The position numbers were made by a program, and so were the translations under genes. The notes under the pieces were generated by a model that was not told the origin of the DNA, searched no databases, and worked only from the letters and a program-made list of their open reading frames with translations. 64,000 bases of DNA from an uncultured Planctomycetia bacterium. GTDB lineage: Bacteria > Omnitrophota > Gorgyraeia > Tantalellales > Tantalellaceae. Below are positions 47,284 to 57,194 of this stretch, piece by piece; positions within the stretch are counted from its first letter, which is position 1, and each line of letters opens with the position of its first letter. The stretch lies in NCBI GenBank assembly GCA_964527765.1, contig CAZGQR010000004.1, positions 64,083 to 128,082 of the forward strand, read 5' to 3'.

Positions 47284-48240
47284 ATGTCTGGATTCGAGAT
47301 AGAAAGAAAAGCGTTCACCAAAAATCTGGCTTTGATAACCGGGCTTACAAGGTCCGGAAAGTCTATGCTGGGCCCGATAGTTTCCAGTTTCGAAGGTGCT
47401 GAAAACGTAAGACTTAACTATCTCATGGAATTGGTCCCTCCCATGAATAAGATAGAGCTGATAACGGAGGATGTCGCAATTTATCTCATGAGGCATGCTG
47501 TTGATTTCATGCTGTATGACAATATGATAGGACGGAATTCAAATTTTCGGCCTTCGGATTATACGAGCATATGGAGGACAAAGAACCCCGCTAAGTATTT
47601 TCAGCGCTTATTCAGAAAAGAAGGCGATCTTGTTTTTGACGAATTAATGGAAAAAAATATCATTTTTGTTTTGATGTTCCACAATGGACCGTGGTTTGCG
47701 GATATTTTATTCAAAGCTTTTCCGGACATGAAAATGCTGTATGTAAAAAGGAATCCCGTTGATGTGGTGTCCTCATGGTACAAGAAAGGGTATGGCACAG
47801 ATTTTTATGCGAAACCCAGAAACGGGCTTTTAACGATAAAATGGAAAGGCAGGACCCTGCCTTTTTATTCCGCGGGATGGGAGGAAGAATATTGTTCTTT
47901 GGGAGAAGTGGACAGGATCGTATTTACAATAAACAAGATCGAGATGAAATTTAAAGAAACATTGCATGGTCTTTCGGACGCGCAGCGCGAGAACATTATG
48001 GAAGTTTGCTTTGAGAGAATGGTCACAAAGCCGGATATGGTGATCCCTGAGGTCTGTAGATTTTTGGGCACAAATGAGACCGCATACACGCCCAGGGTCC
48101 TTAAGCAGGAGCTTTGTCCGCGGGTTCTTCGCGAAAAAGATCAGGAGGAAAAGTTCAATAAGATCAAGGAAAATTGTTCGTCGAAAGCCGCGGATCTGTT
48201 GGGAGCCATGGTTAAAGGATATAAAGATAACGCAGGATAA
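47284..48240 (+). CDS. Sulfotransferase-fold protein 2
   Basis: ITGLTRSGKSML; YVKRNPVDVVSSW; FERMV.KP......VCRFLG. Confidence 0.78.
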   Translation: MSGFEIERKAFTKNLALITGLTRSGKSMLGPIVSSFEGAENVRLNYLMELVPPMNKIELITEDVAIYLMRHAVDFMLYDNMIGRNSNFRPSDYTSIWRTKNPAKYFQRLFRKEGDLVFDELMEKNIIFVLMFHNGPWFADILFKAFPDMKMLYVKRNPVDVVSSWYKKGYGTDFYAKPRNGLLTIKWKGRTLPFYSAGWEEEYCSLGEVDRIVFTINKIEMKFKETLHGLSDAQRENIMEVCFERMVTKPDMVIPEVCRFLGTNETAYTPRVLKQELCPRVLREKDQEEKFNKIKENCSSKAADLLGAMVKGYKDNAG

Positions 48241-48243
48241 TGC

Positions 48244-50160
48244 ATGAAGTACTGTTTGATAGAAAAATGGCACGCTGATTATTCTCTTCCCAGGGAGTGT
48301 AAAGTCGTGCCTTTGACCACTGAAGCGAGTGATTCGCTTGAGAAATGCGGCGTTGATTATGTGACGTTCCAGGAGTATTTTTCATCGGGCGAGGTTCGCG
48401 GCGACACGGACGGTTATCTTGATTCTCAGCGGGTATGGTTCCGGGAATTTGACCGGTTTGTTTGGAGCGTTTTTCCCGAAGCGGAAAAAATGAAGGTCCG
48501 GTTACCCTCGCTTTACTTTTACAATATAAAACACCTGGTAGATTGCGCCGTGCTGACCGCAAGGATCATCAATAAGTTTCTGGATGTTGTCAAACCGGAT
48601 AAGGTCTGGTTCATCCCGAAGATCCGCGGCAGCGGCAAAATGCATCGGTGGTACTGGTATTCTTTCGACAGAAGTGCCTTCGCGCATTTATTGGAGCCGC
48701 TTTGCCGGAAAAGGGGGATTGCATTCGAAGAGTTGTATGCCGACCAAGAGCAGCCCCCGACGCTAAAAGAAGACACGGTGAAACCCTTCGCTGGAATAAT
48801 GAAAGTTAAAGGCTTGTTCACATCCAGGATCAGAGGTTTTCTTAAAACGGCCAGGGAAGTATGTGCGCAATATCCATATTTTGTTTTCTTTTCGAAACAT
48901 AAAAAAGGCAGCATCCTGGTCGTGAACGTCAAAAATTATCTTTATGACTTTTGCCGAGATTGTCGCAAGAACGGATTCAGCGTGTTCCTGAAAAACGGAG
49001 ATTATGTGCGTAAGCCCTCCTTATTCCCGGCAAAAGAAAAGATCGGTCCGGGAAAAAGCAGCGGCGCGAAATACCCGAACGGTCCTGACAAAGATTCTGT
49101 TATGGATGGTTTCATCCGCAGTGGCGTCATGGACTGGATAAACGAACGGTGTGGACTGGACGTTTCTTCCATGATGTATCCAAGATTTAAATATGTTTTG
49201 TGCGATGTTTTTCCAGAAACACTGAGCTGTATAAAGAGTTTTGTCGATTTTTACAACAGGAATAATATAGATTTTGTTGTTAATTATTCCCTTTCTTCAG
49301 AGGATGAGTTTGCTGCTGCAGCTGCCGCGGCGATCAGCGATTCCACGAAAAGCGTTGGTTTTAGCCATGGCACCGATGCTTATGAGGCAAAACCCAGATT
49401 TTTTCTGGAATACAACCACTATGATTTCTATTTCGTGAATACGAAAGCAGAGGCGGACCACATAAAAGGCCTGGCCGATGGGTATGGTTTTTCAAAGCCT
49501 TCAGCGCATGAATACCCGTATTTCCGGAAACGCTTTTCCCGGATAGCTGAAAAAAGAAGCCGGGCAGAACGACTGAAAAAGACGCGTAAACAAGATAAGC
49601 CGATCGTTCTTTTTGCTCCCGTGATGCGCACAGAGAGGATGCATATGCCCATTGTGAATACTCAGCCACTTCAATGGGATTATTTCAGGTGGCATTACGC
49701 TCTTATTGACTATTTTGCGTCAAGATCCGATTTCAGGTTCGTATGGAAGGCGCTTTTACAGCCCTTGGGTTTCGGGGATACTATCCGTGATCTTTTGCAG
49801 GACAAGCGCTATGGGAACATCAGTTTCAGTTCCGATAAGTTAAGCGAATGGATGATCGCCGCTGACAGAATATTGTGCGATGTTCCCGGAGGGGCGTTTT
49901 ATGAAAGCATTTTCAGCGGGATACCGACGCTGGCTTTTTACCGTCCGAAAGACCAGGAACTCCGCAAGGATGCTTATCATGTTTTCGGCCCGAGTTTACA
50001 GCCATATTCGACCATTGAAGATGGGATCAAAGCGGTTGAGGATTTTCTGGACAGCGCTCCCAAAAGATATATTGTTACAATCCCTCAAGAGCGATCGTCC
50101 GTGCCCGGTATTCTTATGAATGGCGTTCAAGAAAGGCAAGATCATGTCGGAAGAATATAA
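48244..50160 (+). CDS. Large surface-glycan biosynthesis protein, GT-B-like; candidate transferase
   Basis: 638 aa; FSHG, VLFAP, FVWK, ADRILCD.P...FYES...G.P pattern. Confidence 0.55.
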   Translation: MKYCLIEKWHADYSLPRECKVVPLTTEASDSLEKCGVDYVTFQEYFSSGEVRGDTDGYLDSQRVWFREFDRFVWSVFPEAEKMKVRLPSLYFYNIKHLVDCAVLTARIINKFLDVVKPDKVWFIPKIRGSGKMHRWYWYSFDRSAFAHLLEPLCRKRGIAFEELYADQEQPPTLKEDTVKPFAGIMKVKGLFTSRIRGFLKTAREVCAQYPYFVFFSKHKKGSILVVNVKNYLYDFCRDCRKNGFSVFLKNGDYVRKPSLFPAKEKIGPGKSSGAKYPNGPDKDSVMDGFIRSGVMDWINERCGLDVSSMMYPRFKYVLCDVFPETLSCIKSFVDFYNRNNIDFVVNYSLSSEDEFAAAAAAAISDSTKSVGFSHGTDAYEAKPRFFLEYNHYDFYFVNTKAEADHIKGLADGYGFSKPSAHEYPYFRKRFSRIAEKRSRAERLKKTRKQDKPIVLFAPVMRTERMHMPIVNTQPLQWDYFRWHYALIDYFASRSDFRFVWKALLQPLGFGDTIRDLLQDKRYGNISFSSDKLSEWMIAADRILCDVPGGAFYESIFSGIPTLAFYRPKDQELRKDAYHVFGPSLQPYSTIEDGIKAVEDFLDSAPKRYIVTIPQERSSVPGILMNGVQERQDHVGRI

Positions 50161-50866
50161 ATATTTCAAGAACCAATATCTTGACGACATCAGGGAAAAC
50201 TATTTCAAACCCGTGCTCGATGATGTTTTCAAAAAATACGGGAAGAACATAAAGGTCATGGGGGATGTAGGTTGTGGTAACGGCATATTCAGCACTTATT
50301 TGAAGAGAGAACGCGAAATAACGCTGTGCGGGTTTGACGCCAGCGAGTACGCCCTTGAATGTGCGCTGCGGAAGGGCATGGACAAAGTCTTCTTGAACGA
50401 GGATTTCAGCACGCGGGCGTTGCAGGTAAACGATGCTTATTTTGATTTTGTCCTTAATAAAGATGTCCTGGAACATCTCATGGATCCGGAATTCTTGATA
50501 AAGGAGATCGCCAGGGTGTTAAAACCCGATGGGCTGTTTCTTTTGCACGTTCCCAATGATTTTAACCTGTGGAAGAGGATCCAGTTTGTTTTTTCCAACA
50601 GTATCGATACGTACAGCTATTGCCCCGGCGCGAAGCAGTGGAACTGGCCACACATACGTTTTTTTACGTTTGAAGGCATAAAAGAACTGTTGCACATGCA
50701 TGGTTTTGAGATCATAGAGAATTACAGCTCTTTTTTTGCTCATCGACTTTCGAAAATACACAGGATCCCGGGATATATGCCGGTAGCCAGGTTGCTCGCC
50801 GGCAGATATCCGTCGCACTTCTCTCAGGCGGTGAGCGTTTTAACGAAGAGGGGAAAAAAAGCATGA
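50144..50866 (+). CDS. Class I SAM-dependent methyltransferase
   Basis: DVGCGNG, KDVLEHL.DP, RVLKPDG, VPN, PHIRFFT; start set at ATG 50144 after GAAAGG. Confidence 0.88.
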   Translation: MSEEYKYFKNQYLDDIRENYFKPVLDDVFKKYGKNIKVMGDVGCGNGIFSTYLKREREITLCGFDASEYALECALRKGMDKVFLNEDFSTRALQVNDAYFDFVLNKDVLEHLMDPEFLIKEIARVLKPDGLFLLHVPNDFNLWKRIQFVFSNSIDTYSYCPGAKQWNWPHIRFFTFEGIKELLHMHGFEIIENYSSFFAHRLSKIHRIPGYMPVARLLAGRYPSHFSQAVSVLTKRGKKA

Positions 50867-52800
50867 GAAACGAAAGTTCAAATACATCGAAAAGGTCCGC
50901 GGATGTCGTTTTGCTGCAGTTGCCCTTTTGGGGGGTAGGGTGCCCGCCTCTGGGGCCGGCGCTTTTGAAAAGCTACCTGGCGCAAAACGGCATTTCCTGC
51001 AAAGTATTCGATATCAACGCGCATGCCTACTCTATACGGGGCAAAAGATATTTCGACTGGTGGGAATTGAAGAACGGATATTATTTTTTTCAGGGCGACG
51101 AGGGGAAAATGCTTGAGTATTACCGTGATAACAGGGCGTTATTCCTTTTTTATATAGGTGAGATCATCAAGCTGAGCCCGAAGGTCGTCGGGTGCTCATG
51201 TCATAATACTTCCATCACGTTGAGTAAAATATTTCTGGGGGAATTGAAGAACTACTTGCCGAATTGTAAATATATCCTTGGAGGACCGGAAGTTGCCGGA
51301 TTTATGAATAATGCGGACCAGCTCTTGTCGGAGGATTATATTGACGCCGTGGCGCTTGATGAGGGTGAGAAGAGCCTCGTTGGCTATTTCCGGGGCCTGG
51401 AGGAGGATTCCGAAGGCCCCATACCCGGTCTTGTGTACAAGAAAGACGGACGTATCATCGAAGGCGGGGAGGTCGATATTATCGGGGACCTGGATGAGCT
51501 TCCCTTTCCCGATTTCAGCGAATTTAACCTTGAGCATTATTATAAACCGAACTCATTGCCAAGTTATACCTCCAGGGGATGCGTGAACAGATGCATATAT
51601 TGCAGCGGCAGGACTTACATGAAGCGCTTCAGGAATCGGTCCGGTAAGAGGATATTCGAGGAATTCAAATATCTGAAAGAACATTATCCCGAGGCCGACT
51701 ATATAAGACTGTGTGATAATGTCTCCAACGGCGATATCAAAAAGCTGGAATCGCTGTGTGACCATTTAACGGAGGCGGACCTGGGTATAAGTTGGACGCT
51801 GGATAATGCCGTTATTCGCAAAGAAATGAGAGCGCCGCTTTATAAAAAACTAAAGAAAGCGGGATGCACGCTGATAGGTTACGGTTTGGAAACGCCGTGT
51901 CACAGGATACTCGAGAACATAGGCAAGCATTTTTCGAGGGGGGTTGATTTTGTAAAAGTGTTCAAAGAGGGCAAAAAGGCCGGGATATATATAAGCGTTA
52001 ATGTGATGTTCGGCTTGCCGGGGGAAACGGAAGAAGATTTCAGGTATATGATCAATTTTGTGGTAAAGAACAGACGCGCGTTTAACATGCTGAACCCGTC
52101 CCTGACTTTTTGCGAATTTTATCCCGGTTCAGCAGGGTATGACGAACCGGGAAGGTTCGACCTGGATATGGCCAAGGGAAGCCTTTTTTGGGAGTCCGTC
52201 GATGGGGCCAATAACTATCTCGTAAGGATGAGGCGTTTTGAGGAATTTTGCAAGGTTCTGAACAAATATAAATATGACACTCTTTTTTATGTCAAGGAGC
52301 TTCCGAATAAGCATGCCCTTTTATTTGAATATTATTTCATAAGCAATGAGTACGATAAAGCCATGGAGCATTACGGGAAAATACCGCTCGATCAGATCAA
52401 TGCCAAGGTAAAAGAGATATACCGCAAGATCAACGGCAAAAGCGTGCCGGGAACCGGGGAAAAGAAACTGCGATTAAGCGACTTTATAGAGAAAGATAAA
52501 ACGTTCGAAGAATCATTTTTGGAGGTTTCTTTGGCCGAGGCCATAGAACAGTTGCAAAAGACGGACGTATTTGAACTCGGCCCCAAAAAGGCGTGGAAGC
52601 GGAAGTTGCGCTCCTTTGCACATCGCGTAATAGGTTATGACAGGATCGAGGAAAGGGTCAGCAGCGTTTATTCCATGATGAAACTTATTGACGCCAAAAT
52701 AAACTGTTATGCGGCCGCCGCGTACAGCCACAAAAATGGAATAGGCGAAGAAGAAAAGATTGAAGTAAAAAATCAAAGGATGCGTGGATTGACCGGATGA
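50863..52800 (+). CDS. Cobalamin-dependent radical SAM enzyme with C-terminal extension
   Basis: PPLG.A.LKSYL, LGGP, EGE, SRGCVNRCIYC, GLET, FGLPGET. Confidence 0.88.
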   Translation: MRNESSNTSKRSADVVLLQLPFWGVGCPPLGPALLKSYLAQNGISCKVFDINAHAYSIRGKRYFDWWELKNGYYFFQGDEGKMLEYYRDNRALFLFYIGEIIKLSPKVVGCSCHNTSITLSKIFLGELKNYLPNCKYILGGPEVAGFMNNADQLLSEDYIDAVALDEGEKSLVGYFRGLEEDSEGPIPGLVYKKDGRIIEGGEVDIIGDLDELPFPDFSEFNLEHYYKPNSLPSYTSRGCVNRCIYCSGRTYMKRFRNRSGKRIFEEFKYLKEHYPEADYIRLCDNVSNGDIKKLESLCDHLTEADLGISWTLDNAVIRKEMRAPLYKKLKKAGCTLIGYGLETPCHRILENIGKHFSRGVDFVKVFKEGKKAGIYISVNVMFGLPGETEEDFRYMINFVVKNRRAFNMLNPSLTFCEFYPGSAGYDEPGRFDLDMAKGSLFWESVDGANNYLVRMRRFEEFCKVLNKYKYDTLFYVKELPNKHALLFEYYFISNEYDKAMEHYGKIPLDQINAKVKEIYRKINGKSVPGTGEKKLRLSDFIEKDKTFEESFLEVSLAEAIEQLQKTDVFELGPKKAWKRKLRSFAHRVIGYDRIEERVSSVYSMMKLIDAKINCYAAAAYSHKNGIGEEEKIEVKNQRMRGLTG

Positions 52801-54140
52801 AGATCGTTCATTTTACCCATAACGTTATCGACGGCGCAGGAAAGGCGGCGTATCGATTGCACAAGGCGCTGCAGCGGGAAGAAGGCCTGGAATCTTTGAT
52901 GCTGGTCTGCAGGAAGGGACATGGGGACGATTCGGTCATCCAGGTCTGCAACACTCTTTTTACGGACAGGCCCGGTTTAGCCGGGCTCGGCGAAGACGTT
53001 TTCAGGAAATTCTTCAGAGCTATCCCGTATATCTGCAGGCAGGTTTACTGGAAGATGAAGAGGCGCAAATGGAAACCGCTGACGCTTTTTAATTTCAATA
53101 TTCCGTATATTTCCATGCGGAGGATAAAGAAATATCTGTGCGGCGTCGATATTATTTGCCTGCATTCGGTCCAGTCATTTTTATCCCCGGGACTGATCAG
53201 GGACATTCACAGGTTCTGCCGGGCGCCCGTGGTATGGACTTTGATGGATGTTGAACCTTTGACCGGCGGATGTCATTTTAGCGGAGAGTGCAGAGGTTTT
53301 GCGGGATCCTGCGGCAATTGCCCGCAGCTCGCCGTGCGGGGAGAAAATGACATCTCAAGACGCATATGGAAGGAAAAACGCGAATATTTCAGGGATGTCC
53401 CGCTTACTTTCGTAGCCGCCTCTTCCTGGGTCCGTGAGCATATCGCGGACAGTTCATTGTTCGGCTCCAGACGGATAGAAAAGATATTCCTTGGCGCGGA
53501 TCGCAGTATTTTTGAGAGAGTGCATAAAAAAGCGGCACGCGAGATACTTGGCCTGCCGGAAGAAAGCAGGATCATCCTTTTCGGGTGTTTTGACCTCGAT
53601 GATCGGCGAAAGGGAGCGGATCACCTGGAACGGTCCCTGAGCGTCCTGCCCCGGAAGATCTTGCCCGGTCACAGGGAGCTGTTTGATCAGGTAGTTCTTG
53701 TTACTTTCGGCAGGACGGACGGACGCACCTTTTCAGGAATACCGTTCAAATGGATACATCTCGGGGAATTGAGAGACGACAGGCTTATCGCGCTTTCGTA
53801 TCAGGCCGCGGATGTTCTGGCGTGTCCGTCTATTGATGATTTTGGACCGATGATAGTGAATGAGGCGTTCATGTGCGATCTGCCCGTGGTTGCTTTTGAC
53901 CGCGGGGTAGCTCCGGATCTGGTAAAAACAGCCGGATCCGGTTATATAGCCAGAAGATACGATACCGATGATTTCAGTTCGGGCATATTGAAGTGTCTGT
54001 CGGAGGAAGAGAATGGGGCGGCTACCGACGAGATCCTGCGTTTAAAAGAGATGTGCAGAACGGACTTTCAGGCGCGGCAGTACGCGAGACTTTTTGAAAA
54101 ACTTCTAAGCGAAAAAAGCGATAAAAAAGGAGTTTTATGA
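52797..54140 (+). CDS. Glycosyltransferase family 4 (WcaC-like)
   Basis: GAGKAAYRLH, WTL.D...TGGCH, C..F..SCGNCPQL, RKG, EAF.C.LPVVAF. Confidence 0.88.
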   Translation: MKIVHFTHNVIDGAGKAAYRLHKALQREEGLESLMLVCRKGHGDDSVIQVCNTLFTDRPGLAGLGEDVFRKFFRAIPYICRQVYWKMKRRKWKPLTLFNFNIPYISMRRIKKYLCGVDIICLHSVQSFLSPGLIRDIHRFCRAPVVWTLMDVEPLTGGCHFSGECRGFAGSCGNCPQLAVRGENDISRRIWKEKREYFRDVPLTFVAASSWVREHIADSSLFGSRRIEKIFLGADRSIFERVHKKAAREILGLPEESRIILFGCFDLDDRRKGADHLERSLSVLPRKILPGHRELFDQVVLVTFGRTDGRTFSGIPFKWIHLGELRDDRLIALSYQAADVLACPSIDDFGPMIVNEAFMCDLPVVAFDRGVAPDLVKTAGSGYIARRYDTDDFSSGILKCLSEEENGAATDEILRLKEMCRTDFQARQYARLFEKLLSEKSDKKGVL

Positions 54141-54973
54141 AAAAAAATAAAAGGTCGAGAATATATCTCAATAACGAGATAGGTAGGGATGAGCTGGAAA
54201 AAATGCTGAGCAATCACGCTTTCTGGGAAAATAGCGCAGAAAGATTTGCTTCTTCCAGCAAGGTTTCCTGGGGGGACAGGAACGCGATGAAGCTTGAGAT
54301 CGGCAATATCTCGGGATATATCGTTCATGGGGATCTTGTCCTTGACGCCGGTTGTTCGAACGGGTTTTCTACTTTTGAAATAGCGAAGGATAAAGACATC
54401 AGGATCAGGGCTTTTGATTACAGCGAGAAAGCCATACGTATCGCCAGGGGGGAACAGCCCGCCAAGGACCCCCATGGGAAAATAACATTCTACTGCGGCA
54501 ATATCCTTAATATAGGGGAAAAGGACGCCGTTTTTGATGCTGCCTATACTATAAGGGTCCTGATCAACCTGCCGACGTGGGAGAGGCAGAAAGAGGCTAT
54601 CCTGGAGATACATAGGGTATTAAAACGCGGGGGGCTCTATCTCATGTCGGAGGCATTTTCGGGCAGCCTGAAAAAACTGAATACGCTCCGCGGCATGGCC
54701 AGCATGAAACCGCTGGGTGTGCATGAATTCAACCTGTACCTGGAAGAGCAAAAGCTTGAAAGTTTTGTTAAACGACATTTTGATGTAGTCGCCATAAAGA
54801 GGTTTTCCAGCGCGTATTATGTCGCTTCCAGATTTTTGCGTTACCTGACGATGGAAAAAGGCGATGAGGATTCTTACGATAATGAGATCAATAATCTGTT
54901 CGTTAAATATCCGGAAACGTCGAATTCCGGGGATTTCGGCATTCAAAAACTCTATGTCTTGAAAAGGAAATGA
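54137..54973 (+). CDS. Class I SAM-dependent methyltransferase
   Basis: VLDAGCSNG, FDYS, RVLINL, RVLKRGG. Confidence 0.85.
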   Translation: MKKNKRSRIYLNNEIGRDELEKMLSNHAFWENSAERFASSSKVSWGDRNAMKLEIGNISGYIVHGDLVLDAGCSNGFSTFEIAKDKDIRIRAFDYSEKAIRIARGEQPAKDPHGKITFYCGNILNIGEKDAVFDAAYTIRVLINLPTWERQKEAILEIHRVLKRGGLYLMSEAFSGSLKKLNTLRGMASMKPLGVHEFNLYLEEQKLESFVKRHFDVVAIKRFSSAYYVASRFLRYLTMEKGDEDSYDNEINNLFVKYPETSNSGDFGIQKLYVLKRK

Positions 54974-56010
54974 TCATGAAAAAAACCATTTTACTCACGG
55001 GCGCTGCCGGATTTATCGGAAGCAACTTACTGGACCACCTATTCAATAAGTACCGAGACTATCGCTTTTTAGTGCTGGATTCATTGACGTACGCGGGTAA
55101 TCAAAAGAACATTTCCGCGCATATACAGGATTCGGAGCGATTTGAGTTTTGGTACGGGGATGTCGCGAACCCGTATATCGTGGAAGAGCTGATGAAAAGA
55201 GCCGATCTTGTGGTGCATCTGGCGGCGGAAACCCATGTCGCCCGGTCGATCTTCGACAATTCCAAGTTTTTTCATACCGATGTGATAGGAACGCAGGTCC
55301 TGATGAATGCGCTGCTTAAGTGCAAACAGGTGGATAGGTTTATCCACGTATCCTCGTCGGAGGTGTACGGAACGGCCCTGACCGACCCGATGACGGAGGA
55401 ACACCGGCTTGATCCCCGGTCTCCTTATGCCGGCGCCAAGGCCGGAGCTGACAGGCTGGTATACTCGTATTGCTGTACTTATCCGAACCTGCCCGTGGTG
55501 ATAATCCGTCCGTTCAATAATTATGGTGCGCGGCAGCATTTGGAAAAAATGACGCCGCGTTTTATCACTAGCACACTGAAAGGCGTACCGCTGAAAATTC
55601 ATGGCGACGGCAGCGCAAAACGCGACTGGATATATGTCGGGGACAATTGTGAGGCCATCGACAGAGTCTTGCATATGAAGGATTTCGGCAAGATCAGGCA
55701 TCAGGTCCTTAATGTGGGGACCGGCAAAGCCACAAGCGTGCTGGAGATGGCGAAGCTGGTTTTAAAGATCATGGGAAAGCCCGAAAGTCAGATACGGTTC
55801 ATAGGGGACCGGCCGGGTCAGGTCGAACTTCACGTGGCTTCCACGCGGAAAGCGAAGGAATTGATCGACTGGAAATCGGAAACAACGCTGGAAGAAGGCA
55901 TGAGAAAAACGATCAAGTGGTATGCGGAGAATGAGGCATGGTGGAAAGAGCTGGAATGGATGAAAGAGGTCCCCATACATACCGCTAACGGGAATGTTGA
56001 GATGCATTGA
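54970..56010 (+). CDS. NDP-sugar 4,6-dehydratase (RmlB-like extended SDR)
   Basis: GAAGFIG, LTYAGN, HLAAETHV, SSSEVYG, YAGAK, RPFNNYG. Confidence 0.85.
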   Translation: MIMKKTILLTGAAGFIGSNLLDHLFNKYRDYRFLVLDSLTYAGNQKNISAHIQDSERFEFWYGDVANPYIVEELMKRADLVVHLAAETHVARSIFDNSKFFHTDVIGTQVLMNALLKCKQVDRFIHVSSSEVYGTALTDPMTEEHRLDPRSPYAGAKAGADRLVYSYCCTYPNLPVVIIRPFNNYGARQHLEKMTPRFITSTLKGVPLKIHGDGSAKRDWIYVGDNCEAIDRVLHMKDFGKIRHQVLNVGTGKATSVLEMAKLVLKIMGKPESQIRFIGDRPGQVELHVASTRKAKELIDWKSETTLEEGMRKTIKWYAENEAWWKELEWMKEVPIHTANGNVEMH

Positions 56011-56049
56011 TTCTGTTTCAGTGGCTAAGGAAAGGGTTTTGGAGGATAT

Positions 56050-57177
56050 ATGAAGATCGAATTTTACAGGCACAGCCTAGAAAAGGAAGATAAAAACGAA
56101 GTGGCAAAAGTCCTGGATTCCGTTTTTTTGACTTCCGGGGAGTGGACAAAGGCGTTTGAGCGGAAACTAGCCGATTATGTAGAAAGCAGATACGCGGTGG
56201 GATTGACTTCCTGCACGAATGCCCTGGAGATCACGTTGAAATATTTCGGAATAGAACAAGGTGACGAAGTCATCACGACGCCCATGTCCTTTATAGCGAC
56301 TGCGAATGCCGTGGAATATTGCGGGGCGAAGCCCGTGTTTGTTGATGTGGAGCCGGACACCGCGAATATCAATGCGGACCTGATAGAAAGCGTGGTCACC
56401 CCGAGGACAAAAGCGATATTACCGGTGCATCTTTACGGGCATATGTGCGATATGGGAAGAATAAGAAAGATCGCTGATAAACACGGCCTGAAAGTTATCG
56501 AGGATGCCGCCCACTGCATGGAAGGTCAAAGAGACGGCATCAAACCGGGACAAGTGGGGGACGCGGCCTGTTTCAGTTTTTACGCCACTAAGAACATTAC
56601 CTGCGGGGAGGGCGGCGCCGTTTCGTGCAATGATCCGGAGATGTATGACTGGTTATTTAAAGCAAGGATGCACGGGATGACCAAGAATGCGGCCGATCGT
56701 TATTCTAAAAAATATGAGCATTATGACATGGACTTTCTGGGGTTTAAGTGCAATATGAGTAATATCCAGGCCGCGCTTTTAATCCATCAGATTGAAAGGA
56801 TCGAGACGTTGCTGTCTGCAAGGCAAAGGATCGCCCAGCGATATGATGAAGCCTTTCTCGGCAATCCTGGTATAAAGGTGCTTGGGACTTTGCCTGGGAC
56901 CAGACACGCCAGGCATCTGTACACGATACTGGTCGATCCACGTAAGAGGGACGAATATATGCACAGGTTGCAGGAAGCGGGCGTCGGTGTCGCGATCAAT
57001 TACAGATCCATCCATCTGATGAAGTATTATCGCCAAAAATACGGGTATAAAAGAGGGGATTTCCCGGTATGCGAAAGGATAGGGGATTCGACTATTTCCA
57101 TTCCTTTTTATCCCAAGCTGAGCGATGAAGAGGCAGGATACATTATTAACGCGGTGAATTCAATGACGAATTCGTGA
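56050..57177 (+). CDS. DegT/DnrJ/ArnB-family PLP sugar aminotransferase
   Basis: EDAAH, FSFYATKNITCGEGG, GFKCNM. Confidence 0.9.
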   Translation: MKIEFYRHSLEKEDKNEVAKVLDSVFLTSGEWTKAFERKLADYVESRYAVGLTSCTNALEITLKYFGIEQGDEVITTPMSFIATANAVEYCGAKPVFVDVEPDTANINADLIESVVTPRTKAILPVHLYGHMCDMGRIRKIADKHGLKVIEDAAHCMEGQRDGIKPGQVGDAACFSFYATKNITCGEGGAVSCNDPEMYDWLFKARMHGMTKNAADRYSKKYEHYDMDFLGFKCNMSNIQAALLIHQIERIETLLSARQRIAQRYDEAFLGNPGIKVLGTLPGTRHARHLYTILVDPRKRDEYMHRLQEAGVGVAINYRSIHLMKYYRQKYGYKRGDFPVCERIGDSTISIPFYPKLSDEEAGYIINAVNSMTNS

Positions 57178-57194
57178 GTCGATCGGGAGGTAAA

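Noticed and set aside
45388-48240. Ordinary cysC + sulfotransferase glycan sulfation
   Set aside because: Not excluded, but disfavoured: no ATP sulfurylase in the window, the kinase motifs are altered, and the genes are embedded in the Cj1415-1418-like set.
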